A stretch of 64,000 nucleotides of DNA from Lama glama (taxonomy: Eukaryota). A program made the translations under genes and the position numbers. The stretch is from assembly GCA_028534125.1 (NCBI GenBank), contig CM052817.1, positions 80,354,001-80,418,000 of the forward strand, given 5' to 3'. Below are positions 37,351 through 49,272 of the stretch, one piece after another (the stretch's first letter is position 1; every line of letters begins with the position of its first letter). The notes beneath the pieces are model-generated. The model was not told the DNA's origin. It saw only the letters and a list, made by a program, of their open reading frames with translations, and ran no database searches.

Positions 37351-40300
37351 ATATCCTTGTCCCCAGAAATTAACAGTTCCTAGGATGGATGCAGCTGCGG
37401 TTTCCCTATGAACTTTATAAAAAGCAGCCCTGCCACGTGCTGATTAGCGTAGATAAATGAAATCAGCTATCCAGAGCCAACTTTCTCATCATCTAGGGTC
37501 ACCCTATAAATGAGCCTCCTCTTCTGGCACATTTAAAGTCGTTGACTTCTTTTTCTGCACAGATCTGAGTGCGCCCTGTGCCTGCAGGGTGGGGTGATGG
37601 GAACCAGGCAGAACTTGGCTGTTTAAGCCACCTTCAGAACTTTGTTACCCTTCCACCTTTCTTGGAGAGTACTGATAATCTCGGAGAAGCAGTGAGAAAC
37701 TTAGTGGTGGAGGTTACATTCGAACTTGAGCATCCCTGTTGGAAACGAGCAGCTCTTAGCTTCGCTGCTCCACCGGTCTACTTGCAGCAGCATCCCTGGC
37801 CGTCCATGCTTTCCTGTTGTCATTACTGTCATCGGTTTACAGTCAATAGAAGAGAAGTGCAGATATTCCCCAGGCCTTACCAGGAAATAGAAATAACTGT
37901 GCTTGAAGTTGCTGTTGGGTTCCTCACCTCTCAGTGCACCAGGGAAGAAGGCAGTGCGGCTGTCAAACTGAAAAGAACAAGGGAAGGGTTTTCACACAGG
38001 AGGGCTGAATACCCACAATAGTGCCCAACATTTTCAGCCTTTCCTTCGAGTTGACCCGGTTTTTGGTAAACAGTCTTTGCCTTCACTATCATTCCTTATC
38101 ACGTCATTTTTAAAAATTACTACTGATTGTTTAGAAAGCATGTTGGTTTTAATTTTCGCAGTGCGGCTGTTTCTTACTAAGCTCAGCCACCTGTTTAAAC
38201 TCTTCTTGTCTCGTGGGCTGGGGGAGAGAACCGTAGGCTCTGTGTAAGAGGTTTCATTTTTTTCTTCCACAGTGAAGTAAGACATTGTTCTTATTCTCCG
38301 TGGCATTCAGAATTCTGCACAATTGCCTCTTTTGCCCTTTTGCATTTAAAAGTGAGGTAATTAGATTTCCCAAGGTTCAATGGTCAAGAGCCTTCTCATC
38401 CTGGGAAGTTGCTTCCCCACACCCCACAAGGGGACTTGTCTCACGTAATCCAGCGATTGCTGCGTTGTTCTAAAGGCACTGCTTTCTCAGAGGGCAAGCG
38501 TAGCATGAAAATTTATACTTGAATGTCTCTTTACTAATATTGCTGAGGTACTTTTTTCCTGCAGTTGAAAACAGTTTTCTTCAGTGACTTTGTTCTGAGG
38601 GTTTGTAAATATTTTCATTAAAAATCTTTTCCTTTCCTACCATTTAGGGGCTCATCTTAAATATGCCTAAATCTTTCATATAGGTTTCCTGCTTATTTTG
38701 TTATTTTTCAGATATCTTAGTGATCTTTTATTCTGCTGAATGAATGGAGGGAGAATTTGTGACATGTTGGCACCAAATAAATGGGTGTCACAGCCACTGC
38801 AACACAACGTGTCTTTGTCACTCTGACAGTGAGATCTTGGGCCCACTCTGCTAGTCTTTTGTCTTGTTTACTCATTTCCCCAAACATAATATTTTCACCT
38901 TTTCAGCAAGGCACATACATATTTTTAAAGTTTGGATATCAGTTTTTTAGTCAAGACTGAAAAAGAACACAGAACACACACTCAGCTTTACAGAGCCAGC
39001 CAAAACATTTTTACTCTTACAGCCTACTGGCAAAAGCAATCTAACTGGTAGTTGGCTAATAATTCACTTAAATGATCTAGTGTGCAGCCCTACAGGGGAA
39101 GAGGACAAGATGGTGAAGGGATTAGGGGAGAGCTTCCAAAATCCTTTTTGCCAAAGATGTTAAGGTGCTCAAGTGCCAAGAGTTTTCTTTCTAAACGAGT
39201 TACTTGAACATTCCAGACAGTCTAACTCAAATTTGTATGTTCATCTACACTTCTTCTCAGTGAGGTTCTTCTGTGGCCTTATGGGAAAAATTCAGCTGGC
39301 TTCCCACATCATTGAAAGTCCCAAACTCTGTGTGATTTTGAATGTGATGCCAGCAGAATGATGAGCTGTGTGGTCCCTGTATACACTGTACAGATATGTG
39401 CACATATACATATACTTGTTCATTTTTCTTACAAACTTTGGAGAGAGTAATGAGAAAGGTCCTACTTTAAACTGAGGGGCTCTTCTCAGTTTCTGTAGTA
39501 TTCATTCCCAAATATAGAGGTATATTGGCAGATTTATCTAAAAAGACCTCACCTTTCCAAGCATAATACAGAAGAGAATATCCATCAGTAATTAATGATG
39601 CTAGATTACTTTCATCAGGCAAGACAATAGATCACCATCTGCACAATTTTTTTTTTAAACAAAGCTTTCATTTCAGTTCTCCAAACCAATGTATATCACT
39701 GCATTGGTAAATTTTCAGGAATCTTTCTCAATTAAAGTGCAGGTTTTTCCCCATGACAACACAGCAAAAAATTTCCTGTCCCTGTGTAACAAATTGTGAT
39801 ACCTAAGGAAGCATCCCTTAAAATAACACAGGCATACTTGTATTCTTGTTAGAATGTCTAATTTATATTACTTCTAAGGAAAAAACTAGATCCAAAGTAG
39901 TGCCCCAGACCAAAACATTGTTTAAGATGAACATATTATCACAGTGTTAAGTAATTTTTCTTATTGAATTTATCATTCCAAAAACTTCATTCCAAAGACT
40001 TAAATATAACTGACAAGATCTAGGTCATATGAAATAGAAGTTAAAATATTACAGAATATTGACCAATATCAGAAAGACAAATATAACAATGCACTTTTTG
40101 AAAACTTGTTTTTAGTTAAGGAACTGTTCAGTTCTGTTCAACAAATATGCATTGACTGTACGTCTCCAAAGCACAAGTGTGTGCGGTGGCTGCTGCCTTT
40201 TGACCCGTAAACAAACAGGTCCTCCTCCAGTCTCTCTCGCTCAGCTCTTTCCCTTTTCCTTCTAGAAGGATGTGGCGTAGGCAAGAGCCATATTGCGCCT

Positions 40301-43300
40301 AGATTGAGCTGTTTGATACTGGCCAGCACTCCCCAAGTACGTGCTGAAGATCAGCAGTAACCCTAAAGATAGCCACTTATAGGTGTCCTGTCCAAAACAG
40401 GACAGGGGGAGAGTTCTGTGGGAAACAAGTTAAAGAAAGTCAAACAGATCATCATTGCTAGACTTTACAAAAATCCTTACCATTCTGTAGTGCAGTGTGG
40501 GAAACAGTATATACACTGTTACCTAAAACGTATTTGATCATGAAATACTTCTTCCTCTGAGAAGACACTAATATCTCAAGGGGTAGACTGACCTAGGCCG
40601 TGAAAGCAAGCAGGAAAGCTGCACTTTTCTTGGGAAGCGTGGCATCTCAGAACTCATACCAAAGCAAGTGACCCCAGAGCAGATAGAAACCAGCCTCCTA
40701 AGAATACTTGCATGTTCAGGCCTACCTTTTTACTGGGTTAGGAAAGTAGAGCAAATAATCTGATTATTTTCCTTTTGGAATTTCTACTAAGAAGCCCTTT
40801 CGGAAGGGAAAAATAAAAACAAAGGAACTTTTAGGAGTTACTGCTCTGTCAGCTGCTAGTGCATCAGCTGCTTGTGAATTGGGTTTAGAGCTCTAGAGAT
40901 GACTGTCATTGACTGGCCTTCACTGTCACGGTGGCCCACGTGACTTCTGAAAACCATCATTGTTGTTTTTAATGGCATTTGGATGATAGAATTACTTTTT
41001 CCCCCTCTATTTTGGATACTGAAGCTATATCAGTGCAATTCCCGGTCTCTTTCTCCCCACCGTGCTCACTTTATCTCTTCTGCTCAGAATGCCTTTCCTA
41101 AATCCATATCTAAATTCTCTTCTTCCCACTCCAGCCTATGACCCAGTCATTTCTTCCTTCTTTTCATACCAGAGTACTTTCCTGAGGCTTGTTAACAGTA
41201 CCTCTAATGCCGCGTCTTGGACATCTCTGGATCCTCCACCTGGCTTCACCTGGTAGTTGCACACAGAGTAGCTACTCGGTGGACGTTGACTGGTGAAAGA
41301 GTGACTGGTTAATTATGAGGAGTGTTCTATTTCTTCTCAGTTACTGGTTGTGTATTGCTAAGCAAATATAACAGGAAAAGTGGCAGAAAAGATTGCCTAA
41401 TTGACTGGTTCTTCAAGGCATCCCTTGTAAATAGAAAGAACCAGGATAAGGTTTATTGAAGCCAGTGTTGAATTCAGGCAGCCCTCAGCCACCTAGAATT
41501 GTGAACAGCTGTGTTCCCTCCACACAGCGGAAGACACCTTCATACGCGGTGCTTTAGGACCAGTGTTCAGCTGCTCTGTCTCTCTTGTCATTGTCTCCCA
41601 GGGGTTCTAGAGGTCATCTGTTAAATCCAAACATTTCTTAGTGCTTTAGTCGAAAGTCTGTCCAAGTTTTCTGTATCTCATAGTTCTGTAGGAATTGTTA
41701 ATTCAAAGTCAAGCCAGTACTAAATATAGTAGGCAAATTACCCTGAAATGTTAACATAGACCGGAGACCCCAAAACATTCAGCTTTCAAATGGCAGTTAC
41801 TGCTCTGACCACCACCAGTACCCCCTCTGTCACTGCCGTGGAGGCTACCACATAAGGGCTAAAAGCAGCTTATAGCTTAGAAAAAAATCTATAGATGCAG
41901 ATATGAAGGAAGGAAAGTTGATCTACAAAGAAGAACTGCTCAGGGGAGTTGACCCCAAGGACAGCCTTCGAGGCCCCAAGTGACCTCACTTCCCACTACC
42001 TACATTCCCCTACCTGTCATGTTAGGCTACCTGAGTTCAGTAATTAGAGGAGTATAATCATGTCTTCTTCTCCCAACTTGATTACTGTGTGTGGAGAGAA
42101 GCCTACTAGACTGTTGGTTCCCTTTCTCAGATGTGCCAGCAGTATTAGCCACCTACCATCTGACCGCATGAACCGAATTCCAGGATTTTTGAGAGGTTCC
42201 AGGCTGCCTTGCACTTCCTCTTTCTCAACCCAGCCTCCCAACCCCACCGCCCACCATCACGTCCATTCACCGTCAGACTTTACACATACCCTAGTCTGGG
42301 ATCACTGTGTTGTATACAACCTGGGGGGCACAAGCCACATGGCAACTAACTAGTAAAGTCACTGGTAATTGTCTGGTACACGTGGTAGGTACTGAGTAAA
42401 TGCGTGTGGCTATTACATGCTGGGTCCAGTGCTCTCTGAGGTGAGTCTCAGTTATGAAGTGTGCCAGACATGGCACCAGCCCTACTCCACTTCGCCTGAG
42501 GAGGGAGCCACACAACGGAAACATTCCCTGCACTGTGCAGGAAATTCGGCCCTCTCTGCCTCTTCCAGTGATTCTTCCTCCGCCTTTTCAGCCTTGCAAC
42601 CATTGCTTCAAAATCCTGCACAGATGAAAGAAGTGCTCTCAGATGGAGGGGGCTGAGCTCTCCCTACCTGGTCCCTTCACCTCCATATGGAGGTCCCCAA
42701 GGTCTCTTTGGCACACACAGTGGAACCGTGGGATAGCCAGTTTACTGTGCTGGGCATTTCATGTGCTTTTATTGTGCTTATTAATTATCACATCTTATTT
42801 TCAAAATAACTCTTTTTGCACCAGAATATGTGATGAAGTCGTTTCACTAATCCCTAAAAGTTTTGTTTTTTCCTTCCACAAGTTGGTAGCCATTCTTTTG
42901 GGGAAAGCATTAATATGCATAACCACTATAGTCGACTTCAGCACCCATTAATGAAGCCCAGAACTAACAGTTACATTGTCGTAATTTGACAAAGCCATCT
43001 AAATCTATGCACGTTTTTTTGAAAGCTTCCTAAACATGCTGCTAAATCCCCTAAAAAGCTACTAAACTGCTTTGGCAGCCATTAGCCCAGCATAAGCAGA
43101 GGACCTCTTTTCAGTAAGTGAACAAACAGAGAAAATATGCTGAATGGCTGGACAAATGTGCTTCAGCTGGCCCTTTCATTTACCGATATAAGGGTGCAGT
43201 CAGTATCAATCACTGTTTTCCCTGTTGCCCTGAAAATCACAATATCTCTTTTCATCCCACAAGCTCTTTTCAGCACAGTAATGTGTCTTTAGAATGACAC

Positions 43301-43991
43301 TGGCATCAGCCCGCTTCCGCTGTCTGAAGTCCAGAGAGCTTAAAACGCATTTCAGGATTCAAGACTTGAACCTTCCTCCCTTCCGTTTGCCTACCGCCCA
43401 CTCTCTCCTCCCTCCCTCTGCATCTACTCCCCCTCCCCAGATTCTTTTCAGTTCTCCCAGCTTTCCTCGCTGAGTAAACAGAATTCACTTCTCTGTTCTA
43501 ATGCAGCTCTCCAAAGTAAACGGAGACAACTCTATCTGATATTCCCAAGATTTAAGAACTCATTAAGGAGCTGCACATAAAGAAATGCTTTTACATGTTG
43601 GTAATACATCAAAGGTTGAAAGGAATGTGGAAATTCTATGCTGTGACAAGGTGTGCTGATGTGCAGGACCTCACTCTCTAGCAGTCTCCTCCCCCCTCAA
43701 CGTGCACACTCATCCTTTGTCGTCCTGTGTCTGTGTTCGAGGTCTGTGCCTGCACGTCTGCTCCACCATCATAGTCCTAGGCGCCTGAAGAGCAAACGCC
43801 ATCACTTATGTATCTTTCTGCCGTTAGTGGATCTGTGTACTTAATACATTGTTGTAAAATGAAGGTGATTACTTTTTATTCTTTTCAAAACTTAAGAGAA
43901 TAAGTCCTGAAGATAAATTTTAGGGATGTGCTTATTGTCATCAAAGTTACCACGGATGAATATATGAAGTGTTAACATTTCTAAAAAACAG

Positions 43992-44064
43992 TTTGGAATA
44001 TTTTCTCTCTCCTTTTTTGTTGTTTCTTTTTTGTTTTTGCTTTTATTTGTTTGTGTTGTTTCAG
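43992..44064 (+). promoter_or_regulatory. Polypyrimidine tract and 3' splice acceptor of the AFG2A last exon
   Basis: T-rich tract with no AG dinucleotide from 43992 to 44062, ending in tttcag|ATT. Confidence 0.9.
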
Positions 44065-44241
44065 ATTATAGCCGTGTGTAAAGAGGCAGCCCTTCAGGCT
44101 CTGGAAGAAGACATTCAAGCCAACTGCATCATGAAAAGACATTTCACTCAAGCCTTGAGCTCTGTGACACCCAGACTTCCTGAATCATTGAGACATTTCT
44201 ATGAAGATTATCAAGAGAAGAGTGGGCTACATACACTCTGA
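44065..44241 (+). CDS. AFG2A: Terminal coding exon of AFG2A/SPATA5 (AAA+ ATPase, 60S ribosome maturation), C-terminal 58 aa plus TGA stop
   Basis: Translation [58 protein letters not shown] closely matches the mammalian SPATA5 C-terminus as I recall it. It is preceded by a long pyrimidine tract and tttcAG acceptor (AG 44063-44064), phase 0. The upstream part of the 43969 ORF is intronic. Confidence 0.95.
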   Translation: MIAVCKEAALQALEEDIQANCIMKRHFTQALSSVTPRLPESLRHFYEDYQEKSGLHTL

Positions 44242-44669
44242 GAAAATATGCATATTCATTATGCTAAAAATACTTTCTAGAGGAAGTTTGTTTCTTTTTT
44301 AAAGAGTGTCACAAAAGCCTTTAATAAGCAAAATGTTTCAAATATGTTGACTATATTGAGGGGCTTCAGTTCTTACAGACATTTTAAATCATATGGATAC
44401 AATGAAAATATCCATGAAAATCTCTGGGCGAGAGTTTAAATCAGTTTATCTGGAAATGTGTGCTGAGTTTTAAAAAGCAAACTTGTAGCTTTTTCATCTT
44501 TGACTGGCTCATTCATCCCATGAAATGCTTTCCTTACTCCAGAATCTGATTCAGTGCATTTCCAGATACCAAGACTGTGGGCATCAGTTTTATACAAGAA
44601 CATAGAAAATGCACGTACACGAAAGCACGGTGAAAAATATTTACAAATCTTTCATTTTGAAGGCCAGCC

Positions 44670-44675
44670 AATAAA
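44670..44675 (+). terminator. Candidate proximal polyadenylation signal AATAAA
   Basis: Canonical hexamer in the 3' UTR with only a weak downstream GT/T element. Confidence 0.3.
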
Positions 44676-44988
44676 ATGGCTACATGCACATAAACCGGGC
44701 TTATGTGACCTTGTTTCCAAATACATATTAGTTCTCATTATAATTCAGACTTACATTTTTGCTTTAGACTTCTTCACCTGTACTTATGACAATTTAAAAA
44801 GAAGAATTAAGAGTTATTTCATATACTATAACGTCCTTTGAAAGTTAAAAAAAAAATTGGAGATATAAGCCTAGTCCAGGCCTAGAGAAGTAGACTTGGG
44901 TGTTTTTTGGTTTTTGTTTTTCATAAAATGCTATAAATGAACCATATGAAGTATTCATGTTTTAACTTACACACATTTCCAGGTTACC

Positions 44989-44994
44989 AATAAA
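44989..44994 (+). terminator. Candidate polyadenylation signal AATAAA
   Basis: AATAAA followed about 45-55 nt later by a GT-rich stretch (attgtcttgtgttg, ~45037-45050). Confidence 0.55.
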
Positions 44995-45429
44995 CTTTTT
45001 CAGTTCAAAGATAACCCAAACTGTACGCTTAATCATATTGTCTTGTGTTGCATTCTGAATATGCTCCTAATTATTTATCTTTGAGAGTTATAGACATTTT
45101 AATACTTCATAAGTATTCTTGAGAAAGCTGTTGGAAATTTATTGCTTGACTTCCAGTTCAGGAGCTGGCGATGGAAAGAACGTGCACTTAAACCCAGTCA
45201 CTGTAGATCTTTGAAAATTCCCAGAAAGACAAGTCAGGCAAGAAATACCTGATTATCAAAATAACAGGGCTGTACAGTTTTGTGGTGGCAGACACTCTGA
45301 AGTCATGTCTCAACTGTTTCACCCTTTGACTATCAGAAGTAGCTTTGTCAGAGTTTTTTCCCAGACTACGTTGGTTTATTAGTACATAAAACCACCCAAG
45401 GGGTGAAGAATATTACTACTAGTTAGAAA

Positions 45430-45726
45430 TGTGCTGTCAAATCTAATAGACACTAGTCACATGTGGCTATTTAAGTGTTTTGTGTGTGTGTGTGTGTGTG
45501 GTTTTTTTGGTGGGGGAGGTAATTAGGTTTGTTTGTTTGTTTGTTTGTTTGTTTGTTTGTTTAATGAGGCACTGGGGATTGAACCCAGGACCTCATGCAT
45601 GCTAAGCGTGCGCTCTACCAGAGTATACCCTTCCTCCAAAGTTTAGATTTTAATTAAAATTAAGTAGTATTAGAAATTTAGTTCATCTGACATGTTAGCC
45701 ACATTTCGAGTGTTCAAAGGCCATGT
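45430..45726. mobile_element. MER33/MER3-like hAT-Charlie DNA transposon fossil, interrupted by the SINE
   Basis: TGTGCTGTC..CACTAGTCACATGTGGCTATTTAA on the left and TTAATTAAAATTAA..TAGCCACATTTCGAGTGTTCAA on the right resemble the MER33 consensus. Confidence 0.65.
45478..45637 (-). mobile_element. tRNA-Ala-derived SINE (camelid vic-1-like) with (GTTT)n and (TG)n expansions
   Basis: ACTGGGGATTGAACCCAGGACCTCATGCATGCTAAGCGTGCGCTCTACCA is the antisense tRNA-like head. It has the same GGGGAGGTAATTAGGTTT tail motif as the 11300 copy. Confidence 0.85.
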
Positions 45727-46419
45727 TGAAATAAATAGAACCTCAAAGTTACTTTTCTGCTCCCCATTTTCCTGTTATTAGAGGACCGTAACTTCTTCCC
45801 TCTAAATGCTGGGGCACAAGAAAATAAGAGAAAAACGTATCCCCGCAAGGTCTAAACAGGAAAATTAAAGGAATCCCATTGCCAGTAAACTAAAAACCAG
45901 AACAGTCAGCTGGGACCAACACTGTGGCTCTCGGGCTGGGGCTAGGTGCTGGGGAGGAGGGCGGCCTGCCAGGAAGGGGTTTAGATGGTGATGACCACTG
46001 GGACCCTTGAGCCCCTCTGACACGTGAAGTTGTGACTGAGCCTCACACGTGCTGTTCAGATCTCTAACGACCAACACAGTCAGTGTGAGGGCAGACTAGA
46101 AGTCCTCCCACAGGCCAGGGAGGCCACAAGGAGCTTCTCTTGGCTTGGTCTGTGCTTTGGGTTAAAAAAGAGGATTCCGACTTTGGGCTTACCCAACCAT
46201 GGCTTCAGGATTTGAATTCACACAAATTCTGACAAGGAAGCTCAAAACCTAGAAAGTAACATGAAAACATGAATCCAAGTTAGAAATATCCTTTAGGCGA
46301 CTAGCAGTTGCATTAGTTGAAGGAATTAGTTGAAGGAATATATCCTCCCCCTGGCCACAGAGGAATCCAGCAGTTAAAACTCTGCTTACAGAGTTTATAA
46401 TCCCAAAGGATGTGGAGCT

Positions 46420-46990
46420 GTGGAGCCTCCCTCTCTGCTGGTGGCACATAAATTGGTGTAGCCACTTTGGAAAGCATCTAGCATATCTAGTAATGTTGAA
46501 GACCCGATAATCCCAACAGTTCTCCTAAGTGTCTGTCTCAGGGCAGGTTATGTTCTATAAGGTAATGAATGAGAAAATCATAGCACCATTATTTATAAGT
46601 AGTAAGAAACTGGGAACAGTCTAAATATCCATCAGTAAGAGAATGGATTTCTATGGAATACTCACACGGTGCAGTACTTAGGGCAGTGAAAAAGAGACTG
46701 GTGTGTAAAACAGGGGAATCTCAAAAACAAACAAAAGGAACGTTTCAGAAGGATACCTATGATACTTAGTTGAAGTTTAAAGCATGCAAAATGTGTTGTT
46801 TACGGGGACATGTGTCGTAAGAGGCTACATGAATGGAAACAAAAAGCACCAAGTACTGGGGAGAGATTTCCTTGAGGGAGAAAGGTTGAAATGTTTCATG
46901 TCTTAAGCTAAGTGATGGGAACACAGAAATTGATTATAATACAGTCTGCGCTTTTTGTATGCCTATGTAGTTCATTATTTTTTAAAAATG
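46420..46990 (+). mobile_element. Old L1ME-like 3' fragment
   Basis: TGCTGGTGG..AAATTGGTGTAGCCACTTTGGAAAGCA..AAACTGGGAACAGTCTAAATATCCATCAGTAAGAGAATGGAT. Confidence 0.7.
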
Positions 46991-47254
46991 AGACTTAAAC
47001 TGGCATGTTATGGTGCCAGGACAAAATGCACCTGTAGCCACATTCTGCATCCCAGCCAACTATCATTCAGCCCATTCCATAGACTGCCATCCAGTACAGT
47101 CCTCAGTGGCCACAGCCCCATACGTCTGGAAGATCAGAGTACCAGATATGATGGAATAAAATGCAAGCAGGCAAACGTGATCAGGCTTTTAGGACCCAGA
47201 AAACAAGTTGAAAGAATTTTTTTTGTTTTTTTTTTTAATAACTTCTTTTTTTCC

Positions 47255-47425
47255 CCTTCCAGTTTTATTAAGATATAATTGGCATCCATCACTGTATAAA
47301 TGTAAGGGCTTCAGCATAATGATTTGACTTGCGTACATCATAAAATGATTATCAGAATAAGTTTAGTGAACATCCATCATCTCAAATTGATTCAAAGTTA
47401 AATAGAAAAACTATTTTTTCCTTGT
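47255..47425 (-). mobile_element. L1 3' end fragment
   Basis: TTCCAGTTTTATTAAGATATAATTGGCA..CACTGTATAAATGTAAGG..AGTTTAGTGAACATCCATCATCTCA, preceded by a T-rich tail. Confidence 0.7.
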
Positions 47426-48934
47426 AAAGTTGGAAGAAACTTGTCAATGAAAGTGTTTAGGTGATTGATACATGTCTTGCCACAGGTGGGAGAAACTAAA
47501 TCTGAGTGTCAGGTGCCTGTTTCTCCAGCACTGTGATCATACAAAGAGTTGGAAGTTAAGAATTTTTAAAGACTTGAGAGCACTACAGTCTATTCCAAAC
47601 CAATTGTTTTTCATATCTTTAGATAACGATTGCCTTTTAAAAGGCAGTGATAGATAGTCCTTTATTTGAAGTGTGCGCTCCTTCTACAGTAGTGAAGTTC
47701 TGAGTCCCAGAAAAGAGCAGGTGTCACTGATAACGCCTCCATCTCTGTGGCAGTTTGCTTTCTAATTCCAGAGTCTCATGTTTATGGATTTAAAAATAGT
47801 GTATGATCCTATTATTTGGGATTTGAATACATGGTATAATTCATGGAAAATTTAAGTTCAGCAGGGGAAGAAAAGTCCAGCTTCTTATCTTAAAACAATT
47901 TGCTTTTTTTGGCATTTATTTAGTTAAAAGTTTGTTGTTGGTTCAGATTCTTTTCAGGGTTTGGGGATATTCACATTGACTTTTTTTTCTTTTCTTTTTT
48001 TTTTTTTTTTTGCAGTGTTCTAAGGGACTTTAGTTTGAATAGTGAAATTAATGTCTCCTTCTAACAGCAAAACTTAGAAGAATGGCTTCTAACTTTTACT
48101 TCTTCATGACCAAGAAAAGTTATTTATAAGCTTTATACTGACTTCCCTAACTTAGCTTGAAAAAATGTTCAGTTCTGTGTTATATCTAATGTGTAAAACA
48201 GGTTTTAAAAATAATGTATAAGCTTTCCATTTTGGAAGAAGAGTTACTGAATTATAAAAAAACCAAGCCTGAGTATATGTTATTTATCTTAATCAGGAGA
48301 AGGCTGTAGAGAATTTGCTATAAACATAGAGTAAAATAATTTCCCTGGACTGTTGTTAGTTACTTAAATTCCTGAATGTGAGGTTGTTAAGAGTCTTGAT
48401 TCATTTGTCGTGTTTCCCTGCGTCCTCCTTTTAAAGATGAGCACACACCAAAGCAGCCTTTGAAATTACAAACAGATTGAATTAACAGTAGTTTCCAAAT
48501 ATGGTCCACATGAAAATTCTAATTCTCCGAATTGATTTGCTTTCCTTCGTTCTGTTTTCATTATACCAGTTGTATGCATGGATAGACTTTTTACCTAATT
48601 ATGTCAAATATACCCCAGTGGCCTATATCTTTGGGGGCTCACTTTAAGGAGTAGAATTCACTCTAGCAAATTTAAACAGAAGGAGATAGGTTACAAGGTT
48701 TTTAATGGTTTACAAAATCATTGGGGAATTTGTAGACTGTTCAAGACAGTGATAAACACTTCTGGAAATATATCTAAAGTGTCACACACCACAAAACCCA
48801 AGGGAATGAAAAGAAAGAAAAATAGAGTTCATCTACGCTGAAATTAGAGAACAGATAAACCCCATGTTAAGTATTTTAAAAGCTGTCTGTCAGGTACAAC
48901 ACATTTTGAACCCACTTGAATCCAGGAAGTTCAA

Positions 48935-49272
48935 CATAAATTAAGGGTCTTGAGATAAGAGTGTCCTGGATTTTCGGGGTAGGCCCAGTGTAATCACAAG
49001 GGCCCTTATGAGGGAAAGATGGAGGCAGGAGATTCAGAATCAGAGGAGAAATCAGAGAGAGAGAGATTGGAAGATGCTGTTGTGCTGGCTTTGAAGGTGG
49101 AGGAAGGGGCCACAAGCCAAGGAACGCGGGCAGCCTGTGGAAACTGGAAAAGACAAGCAAAGGGATCCCCCTAATGCCTCCAGGACACAACCCTGCCAAC
49201 ATCCTGATTTCAGTCCCATGTCATAGACTCACTTTAGACTTCTCTATGTTGTTTTAAGCTACTCTTTGTGAT
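48935..49272 (+). mobile_element. MLT1D-like MaLR LTR
   Basis: GGCCCAGTGTAATCACAAGGGCCCTTA..TGCTGGCTTTGAAGGTGGAGGAAGGGGCCACAAGCCAAGGAACGCGGGCAGCCT..CCCTGCCAACATCCTGATTTCAG. Confidence 0.85.

Larger units (their letters stand above)
1..44064 (+). other. AFG2A: Distal part of the long last intron of AFG2A
   Basis: No AAA-domain-like peptide appears upstream in the ORF track. The region is repeat-rich and ends at the splice acceptor of the terminal exon. Small alternative exons cannot be excluded. Confidence 0.8.
44242..45020 (+). other. AFG2A: AFG2A 3' UTR (proximal; may extend further)
   Basis: AT-rich, repeat-free sequence after the stop codon, with AATAAA at 44670 and 44989. Confidence 0.65.

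Noticed and set aside
37569..38021. 150-aa ORF, and the 136-aa ORF at 36476-36886, near the CpG-rich patch
   Set aside because: No similarity to any protein I recognise; stop-poor frames are expected in GC-rich sequence.
40384..40404. Hairpin TGTCCTGT-ccaaa-ACAGGACA
   Set aside because: An 8-bp stem is too short for a pre-miRNA and is expected by chance.
43969..44064. N-terminal extension of the 43969-44241 ORF ([17 protein letters not shown], which looks like a transmembrane or signal peptide)
   Set aside because: This is the translated polypyrimidine tract of the intron; the real exon starts at 44065.
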